From positions 2,643 to 66,642 of the forward strand of contig CACMLX010000005.1 in assembly GCA_902614655.1 (NCBI GenBank): a stretch of 64,000 nucleotides of DNA, in the 5' to 3' direction. A program made the translations under genes and the position numbers. Below, one piece after another: positions 52,214 to 61,561 of this stretch. How positions within the stretch are numbered: the first letter of the stretch is position 1; every line of letters starts with the position of its first letter. The stretch comes from an uncultured Pelagibacteraceae bacterium. GTDB taxonomy: Bacteria > Pseudomonadota > Alphaproteobacteria > Pelagibacterales > AG-422-B15. Under the pieces are notes generated by a model that worked only from the letters and a program-made list of their open reading frames with translations, had not been told where the DNA came from and did not search any database.

Positions 52214-53356
52214 TTAAGGGTTAATTCTATTCAAATAATTTAATCTACCCACAATCTCATCCCTATCAATATAATATCCTTGGAGGTGCCTATTACCTGA
52301 ATTGGCATCATATTCTTTCCTGCCATGCAAGACTCTTCTGTTATTAAAGCTAAAAATGTCTCCAGCTTCTAATCTGAAATTGATTTCAAACATAGGGTCA
52401 TGTAGCAATGAAAGAAGTTTACGATATGCTTCATAGAAGCTATCCATAACTTCAGGACTGCAATCCATTATTCCCATATAAGCAACGCTAAACCGTATAT
52501 CATTAAAATCATTGTTGTGATCTAGCGTAAATATGGGTTTATGCATTACTCTAATTGTGTTTGCGGTGTAATCTCTATTTACAAATTTTACAGGTGTATC
52601 AAGAAGAGTCTTGAAATATTCAGCAAAATTTTCTTTCATATAGCTTGCAACTTTAAATCCATCTAACGCAACTGATTCACCACCGGTAGCATCGTTTATT
52701 AAACAATGAAGGAACTGGTAGCCAGGAGCAATTTCATAATATGGTAAGTCGATGTGATTTCTTAGAGCTGCAGCTGTATATGCTGAATTATTTGGATTAG
52801 GAATGTCGATTACTTCAAATGGTGTTTTAAAAAAAGTTTCTCTATGATGACTTATATTAGATAGAACATCAAAACCTGACTCTTTTTCAGTGGGTGCATT
52901 CTTCACGATTGAAATCCCTTTATAATGAAGTTGTTCAAGCCATTTTTTTATTCCTTCATCTCCACTAATGATTTCTTGATAATCTATTTGAATATCTTCA
53001 AAATTTGATTGCATACTATTATCCCACAAAAAATAAGGTGAACTATATTTTTTTTTACTTTTCATCGTGTAGCAGTTATGTCGAAGCCATTCGACGTCAT
53101 AGTGACTTATATGGCTTCCTTCACTCCACTCAATCTCCAACTGCCCTTTATCATTTATTGTAAACGCTTTTGGGTGAATATTTTCCGAAACATTTAGCAA
53201 GTTAAAGGTTCTCTCCCTTGCAGTAGGGTGAACCTCTGAAGGACAATTATCCCTTAACCATAAAAAATTAAATTTACTCTGCTCACCATCACTCCAATCA
53301 ATTAGAATCGATTTACCATTCTTTTTTAATGATGATATTGATGGATTCTCATTCAT
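52214..53356 (-). CDS. Gamma-butyrobetaine dioxygenase-like Fe(II)/2OG oxygenase (copy 1)
   Basis: DUF971-like N-terminal domain (ILIDWSDGEQSKFNFLWLRDNCPS) and a TauD fold with HxD (RNHIDLPYY) and distal His (NNRRVLHGRKEY); 380 aa. Confidence 0.75.
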   Translation of the reverse strand: MNENPSISSLKKNGKSILIDWSDGEQSKFNFLWLRDNCPSEVHPTARERTFNLLNVSENIHPKAFTINDKGQLEIEWSEGSHISHYDVEWLRHNCYTMKSKKKYSSPYFLWDNSMQSNFEDIQIDYQEIISGDEGIKKWLEQLHYKGISIVKNAPTEKESGFDVLSNISHHRETFFKTPFEVIDIPNPNNSAYTAAALRNHIDLPYYEIAPGYQFLHCLINDATGGESVALDGFKVASYMKENFAEYFKTLLDTPVKFVNRDYTANTIRVMHKPIFTLDHNNDFNDIRFSVAYMGIMDCSPEVMDSFYEAYRKLLSLLHDPMFEINFRLEAGDIFSFNNRRVLHGRKEYDANSGNRHLQGYYIDRDEIVGRLNYLNRINP

Positions 53357-53359
53357 ATC

Positions 53360-54334
53360 TTATTTAAATGTATTATATTTTCTGTCCCAATTCGGAAACT
53401 TACTTTTTTGATTCTTATTTAAAGTTTTCATAATTTCAATCAAAAACAAATCTCTTTGTTTTTCTAGTTCTTTAATATTGAATTTTCCTGCTTGTTTTTT
53501 TGTTCCTGAAACCATTGCTTTTTTAAGTTTGTTGGTTAATTCAGGTGCTTTCAATTTTGTCCAAGGGAGTTTTAGTGCAGGACCAAATTGTTCCAGCATG
53601 TGTTTCATGCCAGTTTCTCCACCAGCTAAATGGAACGTTAGACAAACCCCCATAAAAGCCCATCTCAATCCAGGACCATAAACAATTGCATCATCAACTT
53701 CATCCGTTGATGCTACTCCGTCATTTATTAGATGTAAGGCCTCTCGCCATAGTGCTTCTTGTAGTCTGTCTGAAATGTATCCTTCTATTTCTTTTTGAAC
53801 AATAAGTGGTCGCATTCCAATATGTTCATATAATTTTTTTAATTTTTTAACACTTATATGACTAGTTTTCTTGCCAGCTACAATCTCTACTAGAGGTAAT
53901 AAGTACACAGGATTAAATGGATGACCTACTAAAACTCTCTCAGGAAACTTACAAGCCGATTGAATTTTTGATGGTAATAAGCCTGACGAACTAGATGCGA
54001 TTATAACTCTCTTATCAACTAAATTATCAATTTGTTTGAGTATATTTTTTTTAATCTTTTCGTTTTCTGGTGCATTCTCTTGAACAAAAGTTGTATCCTT
54101 CAATGCACTAGGTAATTTTGAATAGACCTTAAGATTTCTTAATGAGGCATTTCTATTCAAACCAATTTTCTTTAAGCTTTGAAAAGCAGTTCGAACATTT
54201 ATTTTTAGCTGCTCACGTGAAACACTATTAGGGTCATATGCTTTTACAGTATAACCTTTAGCTAGAAATCTTGCAGCCCAGCCTGCACCAATTACTCCAG
54301 TACCCACAATAGTGATGACTTTATTTTGTTTCAA
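53360..54334 (-). CDS. L-carnitine dehydrogenase-like (3-hydroxyacyl-CoA dehydrogenase/lambda-crystallin family)
   Basis: Rossmann [40 protein letters not shown] and the family-typical [10 protein letters not shown]...[24 protein letters not shown]; 324 aa. Confidence 0.75.
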   Translation of the reverse strand: MKQNKVITIVGTGVIGAGWAARFLAKGYTVKAYDPNSVSREQLKINVRTAFQSLKKIGLNRNASLRNLKVYSKLPSALKDTTFVQENAPENEKIKKNILKQIDNLVDKRVIIASSSSGLLPSKIQSACKFPERVLVGHPFNPVYLLPLVEIVAGKKTSHISVKKLKKLYEHIGMRPLIVQKEIEGYISDRLQEALWREALHLINDGVASTDEVDDAIVYGPGLRWAFMGVCLTFHLAGGETGMKHMLEQFGPALKLPWTKLKAPELTNKLKKAMVSGTKKQAGKFNIKELEKQRDLFLIEIMKTLNKNQKSKFPNWDRKYNTFK

Positions 54335-55215
54335 ACTTTAAGCCCAAGTTTTTTTCTGGCTTCATCTGGCCCCATAACATTAGCACCAAGATTACTAATT
54401 ATTGTCGTCGCTTTTTCAACAAGTTGACCGTTTGAAGCGTATACACCTTTTTCAAGATATAGGTTGTCTTCAAGACCAACTCTAACATTGCCTCCCAAGA
54501 GAACCGCTTGAGCAACCATCGGCATTTGATGAACCCCAATTCCAAAAGCTGCCCAGTTACTGCCCGATGGTAGCATGTCTACCATGTTTTTCATTGAACC
54601 GGTATTAGCCGGTGCCCCATAGGGAATGCCAAGACAAATTTGAAATAGAGGAGGGCTGTCAAGCAACCCCTCATCGTACATTTGATTTGCAAACCACATA
54701 TGCCCTGTATCAAAAACTTCTAACTCGGGTTTTACGCCTAATTCTTGAATTCTTTTTGCACCAATTCTTAATTGTTCAGGAGTACTAACATAAATCATGT
54801 TGCCATCGCCAAAATTAAGAGTTCCACAATCAAGGGAACATATATCTGGTAATATTTCTTCAACGTGACTTAGTCTTTCAATCGCATTAACAAAATCAGT
54901 ATTAGGTCCGAACTTTAATAGATCATCCTCAGGTCCAATTTCTATATCACCGCCCATACCACTGGTAAGATTTATTATGACATTTGTGCCACTATCTTTT
55001 ATGCGGCTCACAACCTCTTTATAAAGCTCATCGTCTCTTGATCCCTTTCCTGTATTTAAATCTCTGACATGGATATGCGCTATAGCAGCTCCAGCTGACG
55101 CTGCTTCAATTGCTGCATTAGCAATTTGCTCTGGCGTCACCGGTATGTTTGGATGTTTGTTGACTGTATCTCCTGATCCAGTAACAGCACATGAAATAAT
55201 GACGTCTCTGTTCAT
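54331..55215 (-). CDS. BKACE (beta-keto acid cleavage enzyme, DUF849) family; candidate dehydrocarnitine cleavage enzyme
   Basis: [25 protein letters not shown]...[12 protein letters not shown] and a TIM-barrel length of 294 aa. 4-nt overlap with the carnitine-dehydrogenase-like gene. Confidence 0.8.
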   Translation of the reverse strand: MNRDVIISCAVTGSGDTVNKHPNIPVTPEQIANAAIEAASAGAAIAHIHVRDLNTGKGSRDDELYKEVVSRIKDSGTNVIINLTSGMGGDIEIGPEDDLLKFGPNTDFVNAIERLSHVEEILPDICSLDCGTLNFGDGNMIYVSTPEQLRIGAKRIQELGVKPELEVFDTGHMWFANQMYDEGLLDSPPLFQICLGIPYGAPANTGSMKNMVDMLPSGSNWAAFGIGVHQMPMVAQAVLLGGNVRVGLEDNLYLEKGVYASNGQLVEKATTIISNLGANVMGPDEARKKLGLKV

Positions 55216-55254
55216 ATTTCCTTTACTAGTGAAAAAAAATTAATTTACAATTAC

Positions 55255-55268
55255 CATACTATAGTATG
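55255..55268. promoter_or_regulatory. Perfect 14-bp palindrome CATACTATAGTATG in the divergent promoter region (candidate operator)
   Basis: Read directly from the sequence. It lies in the 68-nt spacer between the BKACE-operon start (55215, minus) and the ALDH-operon start (55284, plus). Confidence 0.3.
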
Positions 55269-55283
55269 TAATCATCATCTGAA

Positions 55284-56708
55284 ATGCAAAATCTACAAAA
55301 ATTTTATATTGATGGTCAATGGGTGGCGCCACAATCTAGTAAAAAAATGCCTGTCGTAAATCCAGCCACTGAGGAAGTTATCGGTGAAGTCATATTAGGT
55401 AATGAAGAAGATGTAAATATCGCAGTAAAGGCTGCTAAAAATGCATTTATGAGTTTTTCAAAAACTTCTAAAGAAGAGAGAATGAATATTTTGAAAAATA
55501 TACGAAAAATTTCAGAAGAAAGATTTGATGACTTAGCTGATGCTATGACAATGGAGATGGGTGCACCAAGAAAAATGTCACGTGAAGCCCAAGCTGATGC
55601 AGCTATAGGTCATTTGGATGGTTTTATTAGTGCATTAGAAAAACATGAAGAAAAAATTGAGTTATCCAATACAGATATTTTATTAAAAGAACCAATTGGA
55701 GTATGTGGTTTAATCACTCCATGGAATTGGCCAATAAACCAAATCACACTAAAAGTTTTGCCAGTCATTGCAACCGGCTGTACTTGTATTTTAAAACCAT
55801 CAGAACATACGCCATTATCAGCAATGGTTTATGCCGAAATACTAGATAAAGCTGGTGTCCCTGCAGGTGTATTCAATTTAGTTCATGGTGATGGCGAGGG
55901 TGTGGGCATATCCATGTCAAGACATCCAGATATTGAGATGATGTCTTTTACCGGCTCTAAAAGAGGCGGAAAGTCGGTTACAATAGAGTCTGCTGAAACT
56001 GTCAAAAAAGTTACACTTGAGCTTGGAGGCAAGTCACCAAATTTAGTTTTTGCAGATTGTGATCTTGAGGAAAAAGTAACCGCATCTGTAAATGAATGTA
56101 TGTTTAACACTGGCCAATCATGTGACGCTCCTACCAGATTACTGGTTGAAAAAAAATGCTACAATGAAGTCGTTACAATAGCAAAAAAGGCGGCTGAAGA
56201 AATAAAAGTTGGAGACCCACAAGAGGATGGAGATCATCTAGGACCTTTATTTGATAAAATCCAATTTGATAGAGTTCAAAACATGATTCAGGTAGGAATA
56301 GATGAAGGTGCCGAAATGCTTGTTGGTGGATTGGGTAAACCTGAGGGGTTAGAAAAAGGTTGGTTTACTAAACCAACTATATTCATAAATGTTAACAACA
56401 GCATGCGAGTAGCTCAAGAAGAGATTTTTGGCCCCGTACTCGTAATAATTCCATTTGAAGATGAAAAAGAAGCTATTGAAATAGCTAATGACACACCGTA
56501 CGGACTTGCTGCATATTTACAAACAGGCGACACTGAGAGGGCAGAAAGAGTTTCAAGACAACTTAGAGCTGGCGGTGTACATGTAAACGGAGGCGGTTAT
56601 AACTACGGCTCTCCTTTTGGCGGTTATAAAGAGTCTGGAAACGGCCGCGAAGGCGGTGATATGGGGCTTGAAGATTATCTTGAAACAAAAGCATTACATA
56701 TTGCTTAA
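55284..56708 (+). CDS. NAD(P)-dependent aldehyde dehydrogenase (betaine-aldehyde / trimethylaminobutyraldehyde dehydrogenase-like)
   Basis: ITPWNWP, catalytic Glu LELGGKSP and catalytic Cys FNTGQSCDAP, EEIFGPV; 474 aa. Confidence 0.9.
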   Translation: MQNLQKFYIDGQWVAPQSSKKMPVVNPATEEVIGEVILGNEEDVNIAVKAAKNAFMSFSKTSKEERMNILKNIRKISEERFDDLADAMTMEMGAPRKMSREAQADAAIGHLDGFISALEKHEEKIELSNTDILLKEPIGVCGLITPWNWPINQITLKVLPVIATGCTCILKPSEHTPLSAMVYAEILDKAGVPAGVFNLVHGDGEGVGISMSRHPDIEMMSFTGSKRGGKSVTIESAETVKKVTLELGGKSPNLVFADCDLEEKVTASVNECMFNTGQSCDAPTRLLVEKKCYNEVVTIAKKAAEEIKVGDPQEDGDHLGPLFDKIQFDRVQNMIQVGIDEGAEMLVGGLGKPEGLEKGWFTKPTIFINVNNSMRVAQEEIFGPVLVIIPFEDEKEAIEIANDTPYGLAAYLQTGDTERAERVSRQLRAGGVHVNGGGYNYGSPFGGYKESGNGREGGDMGLEDYLETKALHIA

Positions 56709-56733
56709 AATTTAATTCAAAGCAGTAAAATTT

Positions 56734-58674
56734 ATGGAAAAATTACTGTGGCAAGCCTCCGAAAAAAGACGAAAACAATCGAACTTAATTAAATACCATC
56801 GTTATCTTAAAAAAAGCTACTCAATAAATTTTGATTATGAATATGACTCTTTATTCAACTGGAGTATAGCAAAGCCTAATTTATTTTGGACGAGTCTTTT
56901 GAGTTATTTAGATATAAACTATAGTGGCAATGAAAACCCTGCTATTAGTGAAAGTGAAAATATTTATGACAAGAAATTTTTTCCAAACTTAAAGCTTAGC
57001 TATAGTGAAAATATCATTAATAATTTAAATTCTATTCCTATACTCTATGTAAATGAAATTGGATTTAAAAAATATTACAGCAAAGAAGAAGTTGTTCATA
57101 AAGTAAATATAGTCGCTAAATATTTGAGATCTATTGGTGTTAAAAAGGGCGATAGAGTTGTAGGCATTGTAACTAATAATGCGGAAACATTGATTTCATT
57201 TCTTGCAGTAAATTCAATTGGTGCGGTATGGTCTTCTTGTTCACCAGATTTTGGTGAACAGGCTATATTAGATAGGTTTAGTCAAATAGAGCCCAAAATT
57301 TTATTTTATTCCAGCAACTACATGTATGGAGGAAAGAAATTTGAAATTTTAGAAAAAATAAAAAATGTTGAGAGTAAGCTTAATACATTGGAAGTGTCCA
57401 TATGCATTGATTATTCTCAAAAAGATAAAAGTTTTATCGATGAAAAATTAAATTTTTTTGAAGAAAACAATAGAGAATTGAATGAACTCTCTTTTGAAAG
57501 ATGTCAGTTTAATGACCCAATGTATATATTGTATTCTAGCGGTACAACTGGAAAACCAAAATGTATTGTACATAATACTGGAGGTCCATTAATCCAACAT
57601 TTAAAAGAACAGCAACTTCACTGTGAAATTTGTGAAGACGATAAGCTTTTCTATTTTACTACTTGTGGATGGATGATGTGGAATTGGCTTATTTCTGGTC
57701 TTGCTTCTAAGGCAACAGTTGTTCTTTATGAAGGGTCTCCTTTTTTTCCACAACAGGACTCACTTTTTAAGGTGGCGGAAGAAGAGGAAATTACTTGTTT
57801 TGGCACAAGCGCAAAGTTTATTGATGCGCTAAGAAATAGCCAAATTCAAATTTCAAATAAATATAAACTATTAAAATTAAAAACAATTTTAAGTACTGGA
57901 TCACCACTAGTTAGTGAGAGTTTTAATTATGTTTATAGCAATATTAAGCAAGACGTTCATTTAGCCTCTATTAGTGGTGGTACTGATATTGTTTCATGTT
58001 TTGTTGGAGGAGATCCAACCAGCGCAGTATTTTCAGGAGAAATTCAATGTGAATGTTTAGGAGTTGATGTAGATATTTTTAATGAAGATGGGATTAGTAC
58101 TCAGCAAAAAGGAGAATTAGTCTGTAAATCAGCAATTCCTTCAATGCCAATTGGGTTCTGGAAAGATGTTAATAATGAAAAATATAAAAAATCATATTTT
58201 TCAAAGTATCCTAATATTTGGACACAAGGTGACTATGCAATCAAAACAGAAAATAAAGGTTTCATAATTTTTGGGCGCTCTGACTCAACTCTCAATCCCG
58301 GAGGTATTAGAATTGGTACCGCAGAAATATATAGGTCTGTTGAAAAACTAGAAGATATCAATGAAGCTATTGTGGTTGGGCAAGAATGGAATGATGATGT
58401 CAGAATTATTTTATTTATAACCCTTAAAGCCAAAAGCCTTCTAAATGATAAATTAGTTTCTGATATTAAGGAAAATATTAAGAATTCAACCTCCATCAGA
58501 CATGTGCCTGAGAAGATAATTCAAGTTACTGATATTCCAAGAACTCGGAGCGGTAAGATAGCTGAATTGACTGTAAGAGATATTATAAATGGTAAAAAAG
58601 TTAAAAATATAGAGGCTCTTGCAAATCCTGAATGTCTTACAGAATATGAAAATATTGAAGAATTAGATTATTAG
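56734..58674 (+). CDS. Acetoacetyl-CoA synthetase
   Basis: AMP-binding motif YSSGTTGKPKCIVH, an AACS-type N terminus (LWQASEKRRKQSNL..Y) and C-terminal RTRSGKI; 646 aa. Confidence 0.85.
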   Translation: MEKLLWQASEKRRKQSNLIKYHRYLKKSYSINFDYEYDSLFNWSIAKPNLFWTSLLSYLDINYSGNENPAISESENIYDKKFFPNLKLSYSENIINNLNSIPILYVNEIGFKKYYSKEEVVHKVNIVAKYLRSIGVKKGDRVVGIVTNNAETLISFLAVNSIGAVWSSCSPDFGEQAILDRFSQIEPKILFYSSNYMYGGKKFEILEKIKNVESKLNTLEVSICIDYSQKDKSFIDEKLNFFEENNRELNELSFERCQFNDPMYILYSSGTTGKPKCIVHNTGGPLIQHLKEQQLHCEICEDDKLFYFTTCGWMMWNWLISGLASKATVVLYEGSPFFPQQDSLFKVAEEEEITCFGTSAKFIDALRNSQIQISNKYKLLKLKTILSTGSPLVSESFNYVYSNIKQDVHLASISGGTDIVSCFVGGDPTSAVFSGEIQCECLGVDVDIFNEDGISTQQKGELVCKSAIPSMPIGFWKDVNNEKYKKSYFSKYPNIWTQGDYAIKTENKGFIIFGRSDSTLNPGGIRIGTAEIYRSVEKLEDINEAIVVGQEWNDDVRIILFITLKAKSLLNDKLVSDIKENIKNSTSIRHVPEKIIQVTDIPRTRSGKIAELTVRDIINGKKVKNIEALANPECLTEYENIEELDY

Positions 58675-58690
58675 TCATATATTTTCAATT

Positions 58691-59785
58691 ATGAAGCTAG
58701 ATTTTGATTCAAAGGAATTAAGAGTATTTGATAAAGAGGAAATTTTTAAAATTCATCCCTTGTGGATACGGGAACGATCAACTGAAAAAGGGGAAGTTGA
58801 TCAAAATTCTTTTCAAAGATTATATGATCCTGAAAAAATTAAACCAGACTTGCAAATAAAGAGTGCTCAGCTACTAGCAGACAACAAAATGCACGTAGAA
58901 TTTTCTGATAACCATAGTGCAACTTATTGTTTAGATAAATTAATAACAGAAATTACAAGATCAAATGTCCTACCGCCAAAGATTTACTGGGATAAAGATG
59001 ATGCTGAGTTAAAAAAATTTAGTTTTGCCTATGGAGCAAACGAAAGTCAGCAGCTGTTTGAAATTTTAAAATTTTATCATCAGTATGGTTACGTTGTGGT
59101 CGAAGATTTGCCAGCTAAGGATGGAGAAGTTATAAAATTTGCTGAAAAAATTGGGTTTATTCGAGAAACTAATTTTGGAAAGCTATTTAATGTGAGGTCA
59201 CAAAAACAACCTAATGACTTGGCTTATACATCCATCGAATTAGAGTCGCATACTGATAATCCCTACAGAAAACCAGTACCATCAATTCAATTTTTATTTT
59301 GTATTGAAAACAGTTGCAAAGGCGGAGACTCCACAGTTGTAGATGGTTTCAAAGTTGCAGAGGATCTAAAAAAAGAAAATCCACAAGCTTTTAATATCCT
59401 AGTAAATACTCTAATAAATTATAAATTTGAAGATAATGATGCTATTTTAGAAAAAACTGGAAAAATTATAAAATTAAGTGCTAGAGGAGAACTCAAACAA
59501 ATAAAATATAGTAATAGATTAGACTTTGTATTTTACGATGAGCCAAAGGTTTTGGAAGAATTTTATGCTGCTAAAAGAGTTATGCATCAAATGATCAATT
59601 CAGATAAATATATATTACAATTTCATTTAGAGCCTGGTAATTTATTAATTATGAATAATTATAGAACTTTACATGGAAGGCGAAGTTACAATACATCTGA
59701 AGGAAGTCGATGGCTTCAAGGGTTATATATTGACCATGACTCTGCTGAAAGTAAATATAAACTACTCTCTAAGGAAGTAGAATGA
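58691..59785 (+). CDS. Gamma-butyrobetaine dioxygenase-like Fe(II)/2OG oxygenase (copy 2), TmpA-like by context
   Basis: DUF971-like N terminus (IFKIHPLWIRERS), HxD (ESHTDNPY) and distal His (NNYRTLHGRRSY); 364 aa. The stop overlaps the start of the HD-domain gene. Confidence 0.6.
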   Translation: MKLDFDSKELRVFDKEEIFKIHPLWIRERSTEKGEVDQNSFQRLYDPEKIKPDLQIKSAQLLADNKMHVEFSDNHSATYCLDKLITEITRSNVLPPKIYWDKDDAELKKFSFAYGANESQQLFEILKFYHQYGYVVVEDLPAKDGEVIKFAEKIGFIRETNFGKLFNVRSQKQPNDLAYTSIELESHTDNPYRKPVPSIQFLFCIENSCKGGDSTVVDGFKVAEDLKKENPQAFNILVNTLINYKFEDNDAILEKTGKIIKLSARGELKQIKYSNRLDFVFYDEPKVLEEFYAAKRVMHQMINSDKYILQFHLEPGNLLIMNNYRTLHGRRSYNTSEGSRWLQGLYIDHDSAESKYKLLSKEVE

Positions 59786-60333
59786 AGACAGTCAAGTTTA
59801 CTGAAATGAAAAAAGGATCAAAAGAAGATTATGAACTTTTGGCCGAATATGAAAAAAATTACGTAAACGAACTTCCCGATCGAATTATTAAGTCGCTAAA
59901 AAATTTAGATAGTTCATTAGATGGCTATCAGGTAACAAGACTTGAACATTCTTTACAAACTGCAACTAGAGCTGAAAAAGATGGAGCAGATGAAGAAATG
60001 ATCGTTGCAACATTGCTACATGATATTGGAGACAGTCTCGCTCCTCATAACCATAGTCAACTTATAGCAGCTATATTAAGACCTTATGTTTCTGATAGAG
60101 TTCATTGGATTATGTTGCATCATGGCCTTTTTCAAGAATATTATTATGCTCATCATTTAGGCAAAGATAGAAATTCAAGAGATAAATTTAAAGATCATCC
60201 ATACTATCAAGATGCGGTTGATTTTTGTGAAAAGTGGGATCAAAAATCTTTTGATCCCAATTATGAGTCTTTTCCGTTGGATCATTTTGAGCCGATGGTT
60301 AGAAGATTATTTTCTAAAGAACCAAATTTTTAG
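59782..60333 (+). CDS. HD-domain protein of the PhnZ/TmpB mixed-valent diiron oxygenase type (candidate C-P bond-cleaving oxygenase)
   Basis: Ligand-like pattern H (RLEHSLQ), HD (LLHDIGD), H (APHNH), H (MLHHG), D (EKWDQ); 183 aa. ATGA coupling to the upstream BBOX-like gene. Confidence 0.6.
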   Translation: MKTVKFTEMKKGSKEDYELLAEYEKNYVNELPDRIIKSLKNLDSSLDGYQVTRLEHSLQTATRAEKDGADEEMIVATLLHDIGDSLAPHNHSQLIAAILRPYVSDRVHWIMLHHGLFQEYYYAHHLGKDRNSRDKFKDHPYYQDAVDFCEKWDQKSFDPNYESFPLDHFEPMVRRLFSKEPNF

Positions 60334-61457
60334 GCTATTTTTTTTACAATTACATTTCCAACTGAATAACCAGCTCCAAATGAACAAATAATTGCTAAAT
60401 CATTTTTATTTAATGATTTATTGTATTTATGAAAGGCAATAATTGAACCAGCTGAACTTGTATTTGCATATTCATCCAAAACTACAGGAGCTAATTCTCT
60501 TGGAGCATCTTTTCCCAATACATACTTTGAAATTAAAATATTCATATTCTCGTTAGCTTGATGAAGATACATACCTTTGAGATCATTGGCTGATAAGTTA
60601 TTTTCTTCCAAATGAGATTTGATCAAGTTTGAAACTTCTGGAACAACTTCCTTAAATACTTTTCTTCCATTTTGATGAAATAATTTATCTGACTGACCAA
60701 TACCATCAGGTGATGAATTATTTAGAAAGCCATAATTATTTCTTATATTATTTGAAAACTTAGTTAATAATCTCGTTCCAATTATTTCATAGGAGTTTTC
60801 TTTAATATTTTCTTCATTAAGACGTTCAAGGATAACTGCAGTCGCAACATCTCCAAAAATAAAATGACAGTCTCGATCTTTGAAATTTAAATGTCCGGTA
60901 CAAATTTCAGGATTAATCATAACAGCAGACTTAATACTCCCAGACTTTACCATGTCGAAGATAGTTTGAATTCCAAAAGTTGCCGATGAACATGCAACAT
61001 TCATATCAAAAGCAAAACCTTTAATACCTAAAGCATTTTGTATTTCGATTGCAATTGCTGGATAGGCACGTTCAAGATTTGAACAAGCTACAATTACTGC
61101 ATCAATATCTTCTACATCGATATTTGAGTTTTTAATTGCATCATTAGCCGCAATTACACCCATCTCAGCTAAATTAGATAATTCTTCTTCTGACCTTTCT
61201 CTCAATTTCGGTTTCATAAAAGAAGTATCTAGAATTCCTGTTTTATTTTGCACATATCTTGATTTGACTCCTGAAGCTTTTTCAATAAATTCAGCACTGG
61301 ATTTTTCCAAAGGTTGAACTTTCCCACTTTCTATATCTTGTGAATTTATTTCATTAAATTCATCAACATATTTATTGAATGATTGTACCAATTCCTCATT
61401 GGAGATTTTTTCCTTAGGAGTGTACAGACCTGTTCCAGAAATTTGAACTTTATGCAT
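60330..61457 (-). CDS. Beta-ketoacyl synthase III (FabH-like) family protein
   Basis: Cys-His-Asn triad contexts VACSSATFG, YLHQANENMN and YANTSSAGS; 375 aa. Convergent 4-nt overlap with the HD gene. Confidence 0.8.
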   Translation of the reverse strand: MHKVQISGTGLYTPKEKISNEELVQSFNKYVDEFNEINSQDIESGKVQPLEKSSAEFIEKASGVKSRYVQNKTGILDTSFMKPKLRERSEEELSNLAEMGVIAANDAIKNSNIDVEDIDAVIVACSNLERAYPAIAIEIQNALGIKGFAFDMNVACSSATFGIQTIFDMVKSGSIKSAVMINPEICTGHLNFKDRDCHFIFGDVATAVILERLNEENIKENSYEIIGTRLLTKFSNNIRNNYGFLNNSSPDGIGQSDKLFHQNGRKVFKEVVPEVSNLIKSHLEENNLSANDLKGMYLHQANENMNILISKYVLGKDAPRELAPVVLDEYANTSSAGSIIAFHKYNKSLNKNDLAIICSFGAGYSVGNVIVKKIA

Positions 61458-61531
61458 ATTTGAAACTATAAGATTTAAGTAGGCGATTTGACTAATTAAC
61501 TTTTTTTTCTAATTGTTACAAAAAAAGAAAA

Positions 61532-61551
61532 CTGACCCTAAAAAGGGTCAG
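61532..61551 (-). terminator. Rho-independent terminator (minus strand)
   Basis: The minus strand reads CTGACCC-TTTTTA-GGGTCAG followed by TTTTCTTTTTTT, directly downstream of the small lipoprotein ORF. Confidence 0.6.
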
Positions 61552-61561
61552 CCTTTAATAT

